A stretch of DNA of 63,884 nt, counting the filler, from Lama guanicoe (taxonomy: Eukaryota): assembly GCA_013239625.1 (NCBI GenBank). It is 200 parts of 200 records of this genome, joined end to end, with 100 filler letters (N's around TTAATTAATTAA, not from the genome) between each part and the next. Parts side by side here need not be neighbours in the genome. Positions count along the whole stretch, not along the records: positions 13,429 to 13,648 come from PNXV01040130.1; positions 13,749 to 13,968 come from PNXV01040131.1; positions 14,069 to 14,288 come from PNXV01040132.1; positions 14,389 to 14,608 come from PNXV01040133.1; positions 14,709 to 14,928 come from PNXV01040134.1; positions 15,029 to 15,248 come from PNXV01040135.1; positions 15,349 to 15,567 come from PNXV01040136.1; positions 15,668 to 15,887 come from PNXV01040137.1; 192 more parts are not named here. One strand, written 5' to 3'. Shown here piece by piece: positions 13,329 to 25,487 of this stretch (position 1 is its first letter; each line of letters starts with the position of its first letter). The translations under genes and the position numbers were made by a program. Below the pieces are notes generated by a model. It was not told the DNA's origin. It saw only the letters and a list, made by a program, of their open reading frames with translations, and searched no databases.

Positions 13329-13502
13329 NNNNNNNNNNNNNNNNNNNNNNNNNNNNNNNNNNNNNNNNNNNNTTAATTAATTAANNNNNNNNNNNNNNNN
13401 NNNNNNNNNNNNNNNNNNNNNNNNNNNNAGGAAAGTTTCTGGCCTTTTGCAAGGTGTTTGATATTCAATATGATGACATAGGGAAAGTGTAAAGTTGAAG
13501 AT

Positions 13503-13648
13503 TGTTGCAGACTGTATTTGCCAAAGATGGACACAACAATCTCTCCCATTCTTGTATTCTTTAGCATTGTGACCCTGCTTCTCTGCATTGAGAGGTAGGC
13601 TCTAATTCCCCTCCCCTTGGATCTGGGCATTGTTGGTGACCCACTTTT
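13503..13648 (+). mobile_element. MaLR LTR 5' end (MLT1G/H-like)
   Basis: tgttgcagactgtatttgccaaagatggacacaacaatctctcccat...ccctccccttggatctgggc. Confidence 0.65.
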
Positions 13649-13748
13649 NNNNNNNNNNNNNNNNNNNNNNNNNNNNNNNNNNNNNNNNNNNNTTAATTAA
13701 TTAANNNNNNNNNNNNNNNNNNNNNNNNNNNNNNNNNNNNNNNNNNNN

Positions 13749-13968
13749 TCTAACCCTCAGAAACCACCACCCTGATCAGTCAGCAGCCATCGACACTGAG
13801 TCAAGACCCTTCACCAGCCGAGATTGTGACTCACTGAAGGCTTGAATGATGGTCAGCCTTTTTAGCAATAATTTTAAAGTGTACACATTTTTTAGACAAA
13901 ATGCTATTGCACATTTAAGTCACTATAGTATAGTGTAAACATAACTTTTATATCCACTTGGAAGCTAC
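13749..13968 (+). mobile_element. Tigger1 (TcMar) DNA transposon 3' fragment
   Basis: aaccaccaccctgatcagtcagcagccatc...aagacccttcaccagc...atgctattgcacatttaa...tatagtgtaaacataacttttata matches the Tigger1 end. Confidence 0.85.
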
Positions 13969-14708
13969 NNNNNNNNNNNNNNNNNNNNNNNNNNNNNNNN
14001 NNNNNNNNNNNNTTAATTAATTAANNNNNNNNNNNNNNNNNNNNNNNNNNNNNNNNNNNNNNNNNNNNAAATAAATGCATAACGTAGAAAACATCAGAGA
14101 GTCCTTCAGGTACATATACAAATTTAGAAAACAAGAACTGGACGCAGATGATACCATGGAAATGTTACTTAGGTGCATACATTAAGTCCACTTCAGAGGG
14201 AGCAAGAAATTTAAATTGTATTTTGCCAACAACTATAAGTCCATTTTTCTCAATACATACCTCAAAGAGAACTATTCCCTTTTAAAGCNNNNNNNNNNNN
14301 NNNNNNNNNNNNNNNNNNNNNNNNNNNNNNNNTTAATTAATTAANNNNNNNNNNNNNNNNNNNNNNNNNNNNNNNNNNNNNNNNNNNNTGAATCTTACCC
14401 AAGTACACATATTGTAAAACAAATCATTTATAAGACAATCAGGGAAACTTGAACACTGGACATTCGATGCATTATTTTTTTAGGTGCAGCAATGGTACTG
14501 TAGTTTTCTTAAGAGCGCTGCCTTTTAGGGATACTGAAATACTCTTGGATGAAATGACCAGACGATGCCTCGGAATTGTTTCAAAATAATCTAGGGGGAG
14601 AGGAGTGANNNNNNNNNNNNNNNNNNNNNNNNNNNNNNNNNNNNNNNNNNNNTTAATTAATTAANNNNNNNNNNNNNNNNNNNNNNNNNNNNNNNNNNNN
14701 NNNNNNNN

Positions 14709-14928
14709 AAGCATGCGCAGAGGAGAGAATCTGGACCTCAAACAGCACCCGGAACCAAACTTTCTCCTCCCCTTCCACCAACGCACGCACGCACGCACGG
14801 AACCAAAAAGCCGGGACATGACCGGAAAGGAAGTCCGGAAGTTTGACGGAACCCCAGAAGGGGAGACAGATTTGAGCCTTGCCTCCTGTCTCCTGGCAGG
14901 TGGGCCTCGTGATAAAGTTCTTTCTTTT
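14709..14928 (+). promoter_or_regulatory. Probable housekeeping-type promoter with NRF1-like and tandem ETS/GABP sites
   Basis: GCATGCGCA at 14711-14719. CCGGAA/GGAAGT/CCGGAAGT cluster at 14822-14842. (GCAC)4 repeat. CpG retained. Confidence 0.55.
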
Positions 14929-15348
14929 NNNNNNNNNNNNNNNNNNNNNNNNNNNNNNNNNNNNNNNNNNNNTTAATTAATTAANNNNNNNNNNNNNNNN
15001 NNNNNNNNNNNNNNNNNNNNNNNNNNNNACATGCCTGGCCATCTCCTCAGAAGAACTTACTCATGGACTAGATTTAATTAACACCATCAAAATTTCTAGA
15101 AGATGAACAAATTTGAAAAAAAAAATGCATAAGTTTTTATTTTGTTTCAAGATGGAAACCGAATCCTTAAATAAAACACGAGACTCACACTTTTTTTTAA
15201 AATGGTTTACCAAGTTTGTTTGAAGATTGTTGACTATGAAGTCATTGTNNNNNNNNNNNNNNNNNNNNNNNNNNNNNNNNNNNNNNNNNNNNTTAATTAA
15301 TTAANNNNNNNNNNNNNNNNNNNNNNNNNNNNNNNNNNNNNNNNNNNN

Positions 15349-15567
15349 TATATAGTAGTTAGTATCTGCAAATCTTGAACTCCCAGTTTATCTCTTCCTA
15401 CCATCTTTCCCCCCTGGTAACCAGAAGTTTGTTCTCTGTGTCTGTGAGTCTGTTCCTGTTTTGTAAGTTCATTTGTGGTTTTTTTTAGATTCCATATATA
15501 AGTGATATCATTTGCTACTTTTCTTTCCCTTTCTGGCTTACTTCACTTAGAATGATGATCTCCAGGT
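15349..15567 (-). mobile_element. L1 3' UTR fragment
   Basis: gttagtatctgcaaatcttgaactcccagtttat...tagattccatatataagtgatatcat...cttcacttagaatgatgatctccaggt. Confidence 0.85.
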
Positions 15568-17587
15568 NNNNNNNNNNNNNNNNNNNNNNNNNNNNNNNNN
15601 NNNNNNNNNNNTTAATTAATTAANNNNNNNNNNNNNNNNNNNNNNNNNNNNNNNNNNNNNNNNNNNNAAGATGGGTTCCTGCTTAAAGACACAAATGATC
15701 ATATCCAGTGATTCTTCAAACAAGTATATTGTTAATTTTCAGAAGCTTCCTCAAACCAAACAAGCTCCCAGAATTCTGCATACTTAGTGGACAAGTAAAC
15801 ACATCGCAGCATCCCAGCTTCCCCATGCCCCCGCAGCGCTGTGTGTACCCACAGAATCACAGTGTCTTCTGCCTCTGCTGGGCTGGTNNNNNNNNNNNNN
15901 NNNNNNNNNNNNNNNNNNNNNNNNNNNNNNNTTAATTAATTAANNNNNNNNNNNNNNNNNNNNNNNNNNNNNNNNNNNNNNNNNNNNGAGGCCACCCTCA
16001 ACACTGGTTCACTTAGAAGCACAGGATGAAAGGAGGCAGAGTATGTCACCAAGGCAACATCAAATGAGTTTCTTTAGAGGGTCTTCACAGTAATCCACAT
16101 AGCAGTCCAGAATCTACCCATGACTCCTGTGTCCCATTGGTGACAGCTCAGGTTTGAAGGATCGAAACCACAATGGGTAAGTATGGGTGCCACCCTGTCT
16201 TAGAAGCNNNNNNNNNNNNNNNNNNNNNNNNNNNNNNNNNNNNNNNNNNNNTTAATTAATTAANNNNNNNNNNNNNNNNNNNNNNNNNNNNNNNNNNNNN
16301 NNNNNNNAGGGTGGTAATTAGAAGGTGGATCATTCTGCCTCAGTACACAGAACTTTTTAGCAAAATGATCTGCTTTTACACGTAGTCAGTCCTCTTGAGT
16401 TGCAGAGATGTCCCTTCTTGGCTGTATATCAGCCAAAGTTTAAGGGATTTTGTAGAGAGTCCGACTTTAGGTTATACGAGATCATGTCTGTATTAATTTG
16501 CTAGGTGTACCATAACACAATACAGCANNNNNNNNNNNNNNNNNNNNNNNNNNNNNNNNNNNNNNNNNNNNTTAATTAATTAANNNNNNNNNNNNNNNNN
16601 NNNNNNNNNNNNNNNNNNNNNNNNNNNATGACCTAGCTTTTTTTCTTTTTTTTAAAATATGTCTTATTACATGGAATGCTAAAAAACCAGTTGGCGCTAT
16701 TTAAATTTTACACTGGTACCTTATTTTCCAAAAATAATTCCCCAAAGAAAAAGATTTTAATCGTATATATAAGCAAAAGGCACAAAATTGGCAATTATTT
16801 TATTTTTGGATTTATGGCCACTGAAATATTCCTGTGGCAGGAGTGAANNNNNNNNNNNNNNNNNNNNNNNNNNNNNNNNNNNNNNNNNNNNTTAATTAAT
16901 TAANNNNNNNNNNNNNNNNNNNNNNNNNNNNNNNNNNNNNNNNNNNNCTGGGTTTCAGGCTGGGGTGAGAGTGTCTCAGTTCGATTCCTTTCCTGCGCTG
17001 TGGCTCTGTTTCCAAATTACCTGCGCTGGTCATAACGCACCTTGATTTTCTTTCTCCCCAGGGACCGTCTAGCATGCCAGCCCGTACCACTGCACCCTGC
17101 CTGATGAGGGTCTCACCAGAAGAGAGAAACCAACTCTGCTTTAAGGGAGAACTTTAAGCTACATAATNNNNNNNNNNNNNNNNNNNNNNNNNNNNNNNNN
17201 NNNNNNNNNNNTTAATTAATTAANNNNNNNNNNNNNNNNNNNNNNNNNNNNNNNNNNNNNNNNNNNNGACCCAGGATGGCCTGTTCCAGGCCGGCCTCCA
17301 TCCTGCCCTCCTCGGCCGAGGTCACCTCCACGCCTGAACCCCCAGGTCTCCCTGTGGCAGATAAACAGCCCTAGCCCCAAAGGACGAATAAGGAGCTTCC
17401 ACCCGGAAATTCGTCCCCAAGCCAGGTGTGGGGAAGGTCTTTTGTGAATGGCTGGGAAGGAACCCAGGGACCCTCTGGAAAGAACCCNNNNNNNNNNNNN
17501 NNNNNNNNNNNNNNNNNNNNNNNNNNNNNNNTTAATTAATTAANNNNNNNNNNNNNNNNNNNNNNNNNNNNNNNNNNNNNNNNNNNN

Positions 17588-17807
17588 TTGTTGCAAACTT
17601 CTTGGTGTAGGAATTCTTTGTTCTTGTAGCTGTCCACATGGGTCAGGTCATGGTACCCCTGTAAAACCTAATAAAACAAATGTTATTTTTTATTCTGTAC
17701 CTTGTTATCTTCATATATGTGCAAAAGTTTTAATATCCTTAAAGGTCAGAACCTTGAGAATAGGCTGTCCTGTATTTCAGACTAAAGGCAACATTCTTTT
17801 ACAAAAG
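17588..17807. mobile_element. ERV1-class LTR fragment (MER41-related laurasiatherian type)
   Basis: ttgcaaacttcttggtgtagga...tttgttctt...ggtcaggtca...cctgtaaa...aacaaatgttatt resembles remembered ungulate ERV1 LTRs. Confidence 0.5.
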
Positions 17808-19188
17808 NNNNNNNNNNNNNNNNNNNNNNNNNNNNNNNNNNNNNNNNNNNNTTAATTAATTAANNNNNNNNNNNNNNNNNNNNNNNNNNNNNNNNNNNNN
17901 NNNNNNNTGTGGAGGGCATCCACAGACACTTGGAGCTGAGAAAGTTCATGTTTTGCATCAGAAAGCCATTCTTCCAAATTTTCAACTTGCATAGATGGGG
18001 GGCATTTCTAAGGATAAAAGAACTAGCTAAAGGAATAGAAAACCCGTGGACAATGTTGAAGTAATAAAGACACAATGCCTTTGCATTCAACCTGAAATCA
18101 AGAGTTCTTTGCAATTAGTCCATACCANNNNNNNNNNNNNNNNNNNNNNNNNNNNNNNNNNNNNNNNNNNNTTAATTAATTAANNNNNNNNNNNNNNNNN
18201 NNNNNNNNNNNNNNNNNNNNNNNNNNNCTTTCTCAAATTGGATTCCACAAACCAGCATAGAGTAGACAGTTTTGATAGTTCCAGTCTCCCTCTTCTCTCT
18301 GAACACACCCTCGGACTTAGACTCCCTCTGCTGTACGTGGTCTCCCTTCCCATGAGCGTTGCAGGCAACACACGGGAGCACTTTCCGCCCTGCTCTGCGA
18401 CAAGGTCCCCGCCCTTCTCCCCACTCCACTCCTGCCCTCCAGGCTGCNNNNNNNNNNNNNNNNNNNNNNNNNNNNNNNNNNNNNNNNNNNNTTAATTAAT
18501 TAANNNNNNNNNNNNNNNNNNNNNNNNNNNNNNNNNNNNNNNNNNNNAAAGAGATTCCACTTCTATGATCTGGTTTAATTCACATAAACACCCTTCGAAG
18601 TAGGTTAAATATTCCACCACTGCAAAAAACGAGGCTTAGAAGTTTACATAATTTGCCTAGATCGACAAATAGAGTAGTGGTATGCCTAGATATTAACATA
18701 AGTGTGTTTGTTTCCAATATTCACAAACTTTTTATTATACAAATAGCATTGGTTGAGAGTACAGTTCNNNNNNNNNNNNNNNNNNNNNNNNNNNNNNNNN
18801 NNNNNNNNNNNTTAATTAATTAANNNNNNNNNNNNNNNNNNNNNNNNNNNNNNNNNNNNNNNNNNNNAAATTGTGTCCAAACTAACTCTTGCAAAGCCAG
18901 AAAATGCAACTAAATTAAAGACAGGTTTTTAAATTTTGCCGTTTTAAGAGTTGCACCTCGCTGCCTAATAGCCGAGTCACCATCAGTTTCAACCATTTCT
19001 TTTGCTCCTCAGGTGCTGAGGACTGAACTAATCATTCGCCCTGCTTCATGGCCCACGAACTGTGATTGGTCTCAGCTGATTACTGAANNNNNNNNNNNNN
19101 NNNNNNNNNNNNNNNNNNNNNNNNNNNNNNNTTAATTAATTAANNNNNNNNNNNNNNNNNNNNNNNNNNNNNNNNNNNNNNNNNNNNC

Positions 19189-19407
19189 CCAAAAAGAAAT
19201 TTTCAAGGAACTTCCAGGGTAACTGGCCCTCCTGGTAGTTGCTATGCATGCGGACAACTGGGACATCGAGCAAATCAATGTCCTAAAAGAGGGCAACAGC
19301 CCCCTGGTCAAAATATATTAGTAACCAGCCCTGGTATATGTCCCAAATGTAAAAAAGAAAAACACTGGGCTAAGGATTGCAGATCTAAGACTGATATAAA
19401 TGGACAA
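19189..19407 (+). mobile_element. gag: Endogenous betaretrovirus (ERV2) gag fragment, nucleocapsid with two CCHC zinc knuckles, frame intact
   Basis: 73 stop-free codons: PKRNFQGTSRVTGPPGS-CYACGQLGHRANQC-PKRGQQPPGQNILVTSPGI-CPKCKKEKHWAKDC-RSKTDINGQ. The PGxCPxCKxxKHWAxxCxSKTD pattern is typical of MPMV/JSRV/MMTV-type Gag. Confidence 0.92.
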
Positions 19408-20787
19408 NNNNNNNNNNNNNNNNNNNNNNNNNNNNNNNNNNNNNNNNNNNNTTAATTAATTAANNNNNNNNNNNNNNNNNNNNNNNNNNNNNNNNNNNNN
19501 NNNNNNNGAAGTGGCTGTGTTGGTACCAGACACAGTGGACTGGACTTGAGACAAGAGCTGGCCCTGCAGACAAGGATGCAGCTTTTATGAGGATGAAAGG
19601 GCCAGTCTGTCAAGTAGACGTAACAATCACAAATGTAAGCAGTGCTGAAATCAGGGAGATTTATAGCTGCAAACAACGATATTAAAAATAAGCAAGACCT
19701 CTCAATCAGTAGCCTCCCCTACCACTCNNNNNNNNNNNNNNNNNNNNNNNNNNNNNNNNNNNNNNNNNNNNTTAATTAATTAANNNNNNNNNNNNNNNNN
19801 NNNNNNNNNNNNNNNNNNNNNNNNNNNTTAAAGCATTGTCATGTCCGAAGCGTCCCACTCTCTGGCACTCAGCACCCTGCGCCTCCCAGGGAGGCACCCT
19901 AACCACACCGGCCCTCCCCCTGCTCAGCACCCGCCCAGCCCTCTGATGGGATGCTGTGTGCCTGGGCAGGGTCTCCCCACGCAGCCACCCTGAGTCATGT
20001 CAGCCTCACAGTGTGGTGAGGAAGGAATATTTTGGGGTTTTGAGTCCNNNNNNNNNNNNNNNNNNNNNNNNNNNNNNNNNNNNNNNNNNNNTTAATTAAT
20101 TAANNNNNNNNNNNNNNNNNNNNNNNNNNNNNNNNNNNNNNNNNNNNTGGGGCCAAGAAGACCAGTGGGGCTGGAGCTTGGAGAGTAAGGGGGATGGCAC
20201 TGGTCCGAGGAACAGCATCCCAGGTGTGCATGGGCCATGATGTGGGATGCTCTGAGGACCGAGCTCAGTTCATGTGGGCACCCGGGTATCACAGATAGTG
20301 GGGCATGGTGTCAACATCTTCAATATAAACTCATGAGAAAAAAAAATCCACTTAACCAAACCACTCANNNNNNNNNNNNNNNNNNNNNNNNNNNNNNNNN
20401 NNNNNNNNNNNTTAATTAATTAANNNNNNNNNNNNNNNNNNNNNNNNNNNNNNNNNNNNNNNNNNNNTGACTTCAAAGAACAGCATGTACTCTGTAGCTT
20501 GTTTTCCTCTTTGCTTTGACTTCTAGGAAGCTTAGGGGTGACTGTGGAGGATTTTCTTAATTTGTTTTTTCTGGCATGATATGAAAATCTTCACTTTCAT
20601 GCCATCGTGTTATTTGATTCATTTGTTTTAGTGTTTCAAATAATTTTATTTTATTTGTGATATAGCTACTTCGAATCCTTTTTGGAANNNNNNNNNNNNN
20701 NNNNNNNNNNNNNNNNNNNNNNNNNNNNNNNTTAATTAATTAANNNNNNNNNNNNNNNNNNNNNNNNNNNNNNNNNNNNNNNNNNNN

Positions 20788-21327
20788 ATGTGTAGCAAGT
20801 TTCAAAAGTTGACCTTGAAAGCCTGGGAGTGCCTATGTTTCTACATTTGTAACTTGAGTGCGCTGAAAATTCATGTAAAATTCGGTAACTCTAAAGAATT
20901 CTGTATTTGCACAAGGAAAGATGAGTCAAGGACAAAACCGCAAGGAAGTCTACACTAGTAAGTGGCAAAAATTCACACTCAAGAACACTGAAGAGAAGTC
21001 CCTAAAGNNNNNNNNNNNNNNNNNNNNNNNNNNNNNNNNNNNNNNNNNNNNTTAATTAATTAANNNNNNNNNNNNNNNNNNNNNNNNNNNNNNNNNNNNN
21101 NNNNNNNATGTGTAGCAAGTTTCAAAAGTTGACCTTGAAAGCCTGGGAGTGCCTATATTTCTACATTTGTAACTTGAGTGCGCTGAAAATTCATGTAAAA
21201 TTCAGTAACTCTACAGAATTCTGTATTTGCACAAGGAAAGATGAGTCAAGGACAAAACCACAAGGAAGTCTACACTTATAAGTGGCAAAAATTCACACTC
21301 AAGAACACTGAAGAGAAGTCCCTAAAG
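20788..21327 (+). repeat. Two near-identical contigs (20788-21007 and 21108-21327), assembly bubble
   Basis: 6 substitutions in 220 nt. The first 49 and last 49 nt are identical. Confidence 0.95.
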
Positions 21328-23667
21328 NNNNNNNNNNNNNNNNNNNNNNNNNNNNNNNNNNNNNNNNNNNNTTAATTAATTAANNNNNNNNNNNNNNNNN
21401 NNNNNNNNNNNNNNNNNNNNNNNNNNNCGTCACCTTTCAGCGGTTCTTTGCTGAGGTACATGGGGAAAACCAGCACCGTTCTCTGAGCAGGTCTTGGTTG
21501 CTGTCCTGTCTGTTCTGTTCCGACACAGCACCTGGTCTGGGGCTGGGCACCACACAGCTGACCCTGAGGGACCTTGCAGCTTCATGCCAACGACAGCCGG
21601 CATTTTTGCTGGGCAGGTTGTTCAGTCATTGGAATGTCTTTCTTTTCNNNNNNNNNNNNNNNNNNNNNNNNNNNNNNNNNNNNNNNNNNNNTTAATTAAT
21701 TAANNNNNNNNNNNNNNNNNNNNNNNNNNNNNNNNNNNNNNNNNNNNTTTACTTCCTTCATAGGCAAGCCAGGAGAGCTACTTTAAAACAATCCATTAAA
21801 AGGCCAATTTAAAAAAAAATACTACTAATAAATTAAAAAAAAAACAATTTTTGTAAAATTCCAACTCGTACCCATCTTCAGTCATTTATTAATTCACAAA
21901 ATGGTTATCAAGTGCCAGCCATAGGCAAGGAAATAGAAATTCTTGCTTCAAAGACAGATATACAACTNNNNNNNNNNNNNNNNNNNNNNNNNNNNNNNNN
22001 NNNNNNNNNNNTTAATTAATTAANNNNNNNNNNNNNNNNNNNNNNNNNNNNNNNNNNNNNNNNNNNNTGTCTTGTGATCTTTACCCACGTGAATCTGAAG
22101 CTTATCAGGCGATAACAGGTAACAAGTAGGTGGAGGGCTGACTGGATCTATCAGTAGGTGGTATAGGCAGCTCCCGCCATGGTGGTGAGATCTAATGATG
22201 CTAAAGGGTTACTCATGACTCTCTATCCTAGGTCTGGCAGACAGCAGTGAGCTTTCCTCTAGCTGAAAGCATCTTGGTAACTGGAAGNNNNNNNNNNNNN
22301 NNNNNNNNNNNNNNNNNNNNNNNNNNNNNNNTTAATTAATTAANNNNNNNNNNNNNNNNNNNNNNNNNNNNNNNNNNNNNNNNNNNNATGACAGTCACAG
22401 CTCAGCCGTGACAGGACTGGGACCCCTCACCCTCTGTACCCAGACTCCAGATGACCCCAGTGCTGCCCACCAGGGAACAGGTTTGGGTGCTGGACCATTA
22501 TGACAATTCTGTTCATGGTCATGCTCAGCCCAGCTCCCAAGATGTCACTGGTCCCCAGTGCTCCTGGCAGAGCCTGCAGAACTGAGAAAAGAGTTTCTGC
22601 ATGAATTNNNNNNNNNNNNNNNNNNNNNNNNNNNNNNNNNNNNNNNNNNNNTTAATTAATTAANNNNNNNNNNNNNNNNNNNNNNNNNNNNNNNNNNNNN
22701 NNNNNNNCCACCTGGGCTGGCCAGAGTGGAGTGTCTCTGTCAGGGAGAGGAGGACGTGGGAAGGGCGGGGACCACCTCGGGAGCGCTTCCTCCTTCGCCT
22801 GCCCAGGGCCTCTGGAGCATCCTCGGCTACTCGGGTACCAGGAGCCGGGGCACTGTCTTCGGCACCCCTGGCGCACTGCACCACCCTGTCCTTCCTACAA
22901 GTCCCCCATGCGGTGAGTAGCCGCGCTNNNNNNNNNNNNNNNNNNNNNNNNNNNNNNNNNNNNNNNNNNNNTTAATTAATTAANNNNNNNNNNNNNNNNN
23001 NNNNNNNNNNNNNNNNNNNNNNNNNNNCCTTAACCTGGCGACTGCTCAGCGAGGCCGGGCAGCCCTCCCTCAGGTGGAACTGAATCAGGGAGGCAGGGGG
23101 AGAGGGGAGCAGAGGTGCAAAACGATGCCAGGTCCAGGTGGCGGGAGTAATTCCCACTCACAAAGTGCACACGGGGCGTGGGCATGCCTGTGGGCACTAC
23201 CGCTCTCCTGCAGTGTGTGAGCACGTGTCACCTGCCTTCCCCGACCTNNNNNNNNNNNNNNNNNNNNNNNNNNNNNNNNNNNNNNNNNNNNTTAATTAAT
23301 TAANNNNNNNNNNNNNNNNNNNNNNNNNNNNNNNNNNNNNNNNNNNNTTATGTGCTACAGGGACTCAAGAGATTAAATTAATCTTTAAATTTACCCTAGT
23401 CCTGGTTGGGGCTGAACAGTAAGGAATCAAGATCTGACTACCATTGTGTAGCTGTTGATGTTCATTCCTGGTCTTACAAGTGGATTTTTAACAATATTTC
23501 ATTCATTTTGAAACTAACTGTTGTACAAAGGAACTGAGCAGGGATGATCTTTGCTCATTCTTGATCANNNNNNNNNNNNNNNNNNNNNNNNNNNNNNNNN
23601 NNNNNNNNNNNTTAATTAATTAANNNNNNNNNNNNNNNNNNNNNNNNNNNNNNNNNNNNNNNNNNNN

Positions 23668-23850
23668 TTTCTCAAACTTAAGTGTGTCTAACAGTAATGT
23701 GTAGCACATGTTAAGAGTGAAGAATCCTAGATCTCAACCCCCGGGATTCTGGTTCTGCAGCTCTGATGCAGTGACTTTTTCTCCCTTTAAAAGCACCCCA
23801 GGTGATTCTGACGGAAGTGACCTATGGACTGTACTTGAAGCTTAGCCTGG
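23668..23850. mobile_element. MER5-like hAT-Charlie relic
   Basis: tttctcaaacttaagtgtg...ttgttaa-like...gattctggttctgcag...aagcaccccaggtgattctga. Confidence 0.6.
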
Positions 23851-24627
23851 GTGTAACTGACTTTCAAACTCTATGAGATCACCCATANNNNNNNNNNNNN
23901 NNNNNNNNNNNNNNNNNNNNNNNNNNNNNNNTTAATTAATTAANNNNNNNNNNNNNNNNNNNNNNNNNNNNNNNNNNNNNNNNNNNNTCTGAACTCCGCG
24001 GAGGTGACTGAACTCTTCCAGTGAGCAGCTAGGACCCCATCGTATTTTCTGATATGTGCTGCAAACAATTTTCTTTAATGAAAATCTAGATCCTTTACAT
24101 TGTTTTATATTTTTCTTCAGGGCAGAGGGTATAAGTACATATTTATAGAACTGAAAAGAAACCAACATGAAAAAACTGAGGGTTATACACATAAAAATCA
24201 GAGTCAGNNNNNNNNNNNNNNNNNNNNNNNNNNNNNNNNNNNNNNNNNNNNTTAATTAATTAANNNNNNNNNNNNNNNNNNNNNNNNNNNNNNNNNNNNN
24301 NNNNNNNTTTTAGGGCTGAAGGCAGTGAAAATGTAGCTATTCCTAAAGGGTAAAACATTAGAAAGACTCTTGAACAGTATAAAGCTAATCCTATTATCAT
24401 ATATGGTCATTTGGAGGGAAATACCCACAGAGTGCAAAACTTTGGGGAAAGGCAGGGTTGCTATAGAGTAGATGAAGATCAAGATAAATTTCAGTAAACA
24501 TGGAGGTCTTTGTTTTTTCCCTCTTCTNNNNNNNNNNNNNNNNNNNNNNNNNNNNNNNNNNNNNNNNNNNNTTAATTAATTAANNNNNNNNNNNNNNNNN
24601 NNNNNNNNNNNNNNNNNNNNNNNNNNN

Positions 24628-24847
24628 TTCTTTGTATGTTTGGTAGAATTCCCCAGTGAAGCCATCCGGTTCTGGATTTTTATTTGTAGGGAGGTTTTTT
24701 TTTTATTGCAAATTCAATTTAATTTCTAGTGATTGGTTTGTTCAAGTAGTCAATTTCTTATTGATTCAGTCTTGGTGTGCTGTATATTTCCAGAAACCTG
24801 TCCATTTCTTCTAGGTTATCCATTTTGTTTCCATATAGTTGTTCATA
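24628..24847 (-). mobile_element. L1 ORF2 fragment
   Basis: tttggtagaattccccagtgaagccatccggttctgga...ctgtccatttcttctaggttatcca (antisense of PGPDGFTGEFYQT-like region). Confidence 0.9.
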
Positions 24848-24947
24848 NNNNNNNNNNNNNNNNNNNNNNNNNNNNNNNNNNNNNNNNNNNNTTAATTAAT
24901 TAANNNNNNNNNNNNNNNNNNNNNNNNNNNNNNNNNNNNNNNNNNNN

Positions 24948-25167
24948 CTGATCTAAATGCTGTGCAAAGGAGACTACATAATGCAGAGAAACGAATAAGT
25001 GACCTAGAAGACAGGACAACAGAAACCAACCAATCAGCTAAGAGATAAACAAATAAAAACAAATGAAAACAACGTAAGGGACCTACGGGATAATATAAAG
25101 CATGTCAATCTATGCTTAATAGGGGTCTCAGAAGGGGAAGAAAGATCAAAGGGGATTGCAAAGGTAA
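24948..25167 (+). mobile_element. L1 ORF1 fragment (coiled coil to RRM), degenerate
   Basis: Encodes ..RLHNAEKRISDLEDRT.. and, after a frameshift, ..RDLRDNIKHVNLCLIGVSEGEE... Homologous to 53745. Confidence 0.88.
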
Positions 25168-25314
25168 NNNNNNNNNNNNNNNNNNNNNNNNNNNNNNNNN
25201 NNNNNNNNNNNTTAATTAATTAANNNNNNNNNNNNNNNNNNNNNNNNNNNNNNNNNNNNNNNNNNNNAGAAAACACTAATCTGCATTCTATCTCTAGATT
25301 TGCCTATTCTAGAC

Positions 25315-25487
25315 CTGATTGCCGCCGCCGCTTGTCGCTGATTGCCGCCGCCGCTGCTGCTGCCCTGACGCCGGCGCTTGCCGCTGATTGCCGATGCCGC
25401 TGCTGCCCTGCCGCCGCCGCTTGCCGCTGATTGCCGCCGCCGCTGCTGCCCTGCCGCCGCCGCTTGCCGCTGATTGCCGCTGCCGCT
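25315..25487. repeat. GC-rich minisatellite, 43-bp unit CTGATTGCCGCCGCCGCTGCTGCCCTGCCGCCGCCGCTTGCCG
   Basis: CTGATT recurs at 25315, 25338, 25384, 25427 and 25470 (spacings 23, 46, 43, 43). It is joined abruptly to an AT-rich L1-like stub at 25268-25314. Confidence 0.9.

Noticed and set aside
25315..25487. Poly-alanine coding repeat or trinucleotide expansion
   Set aside because: The 43-nt unit shifts frame every copy and contains TGA. It is a minisatellite, not a pure triplet run.
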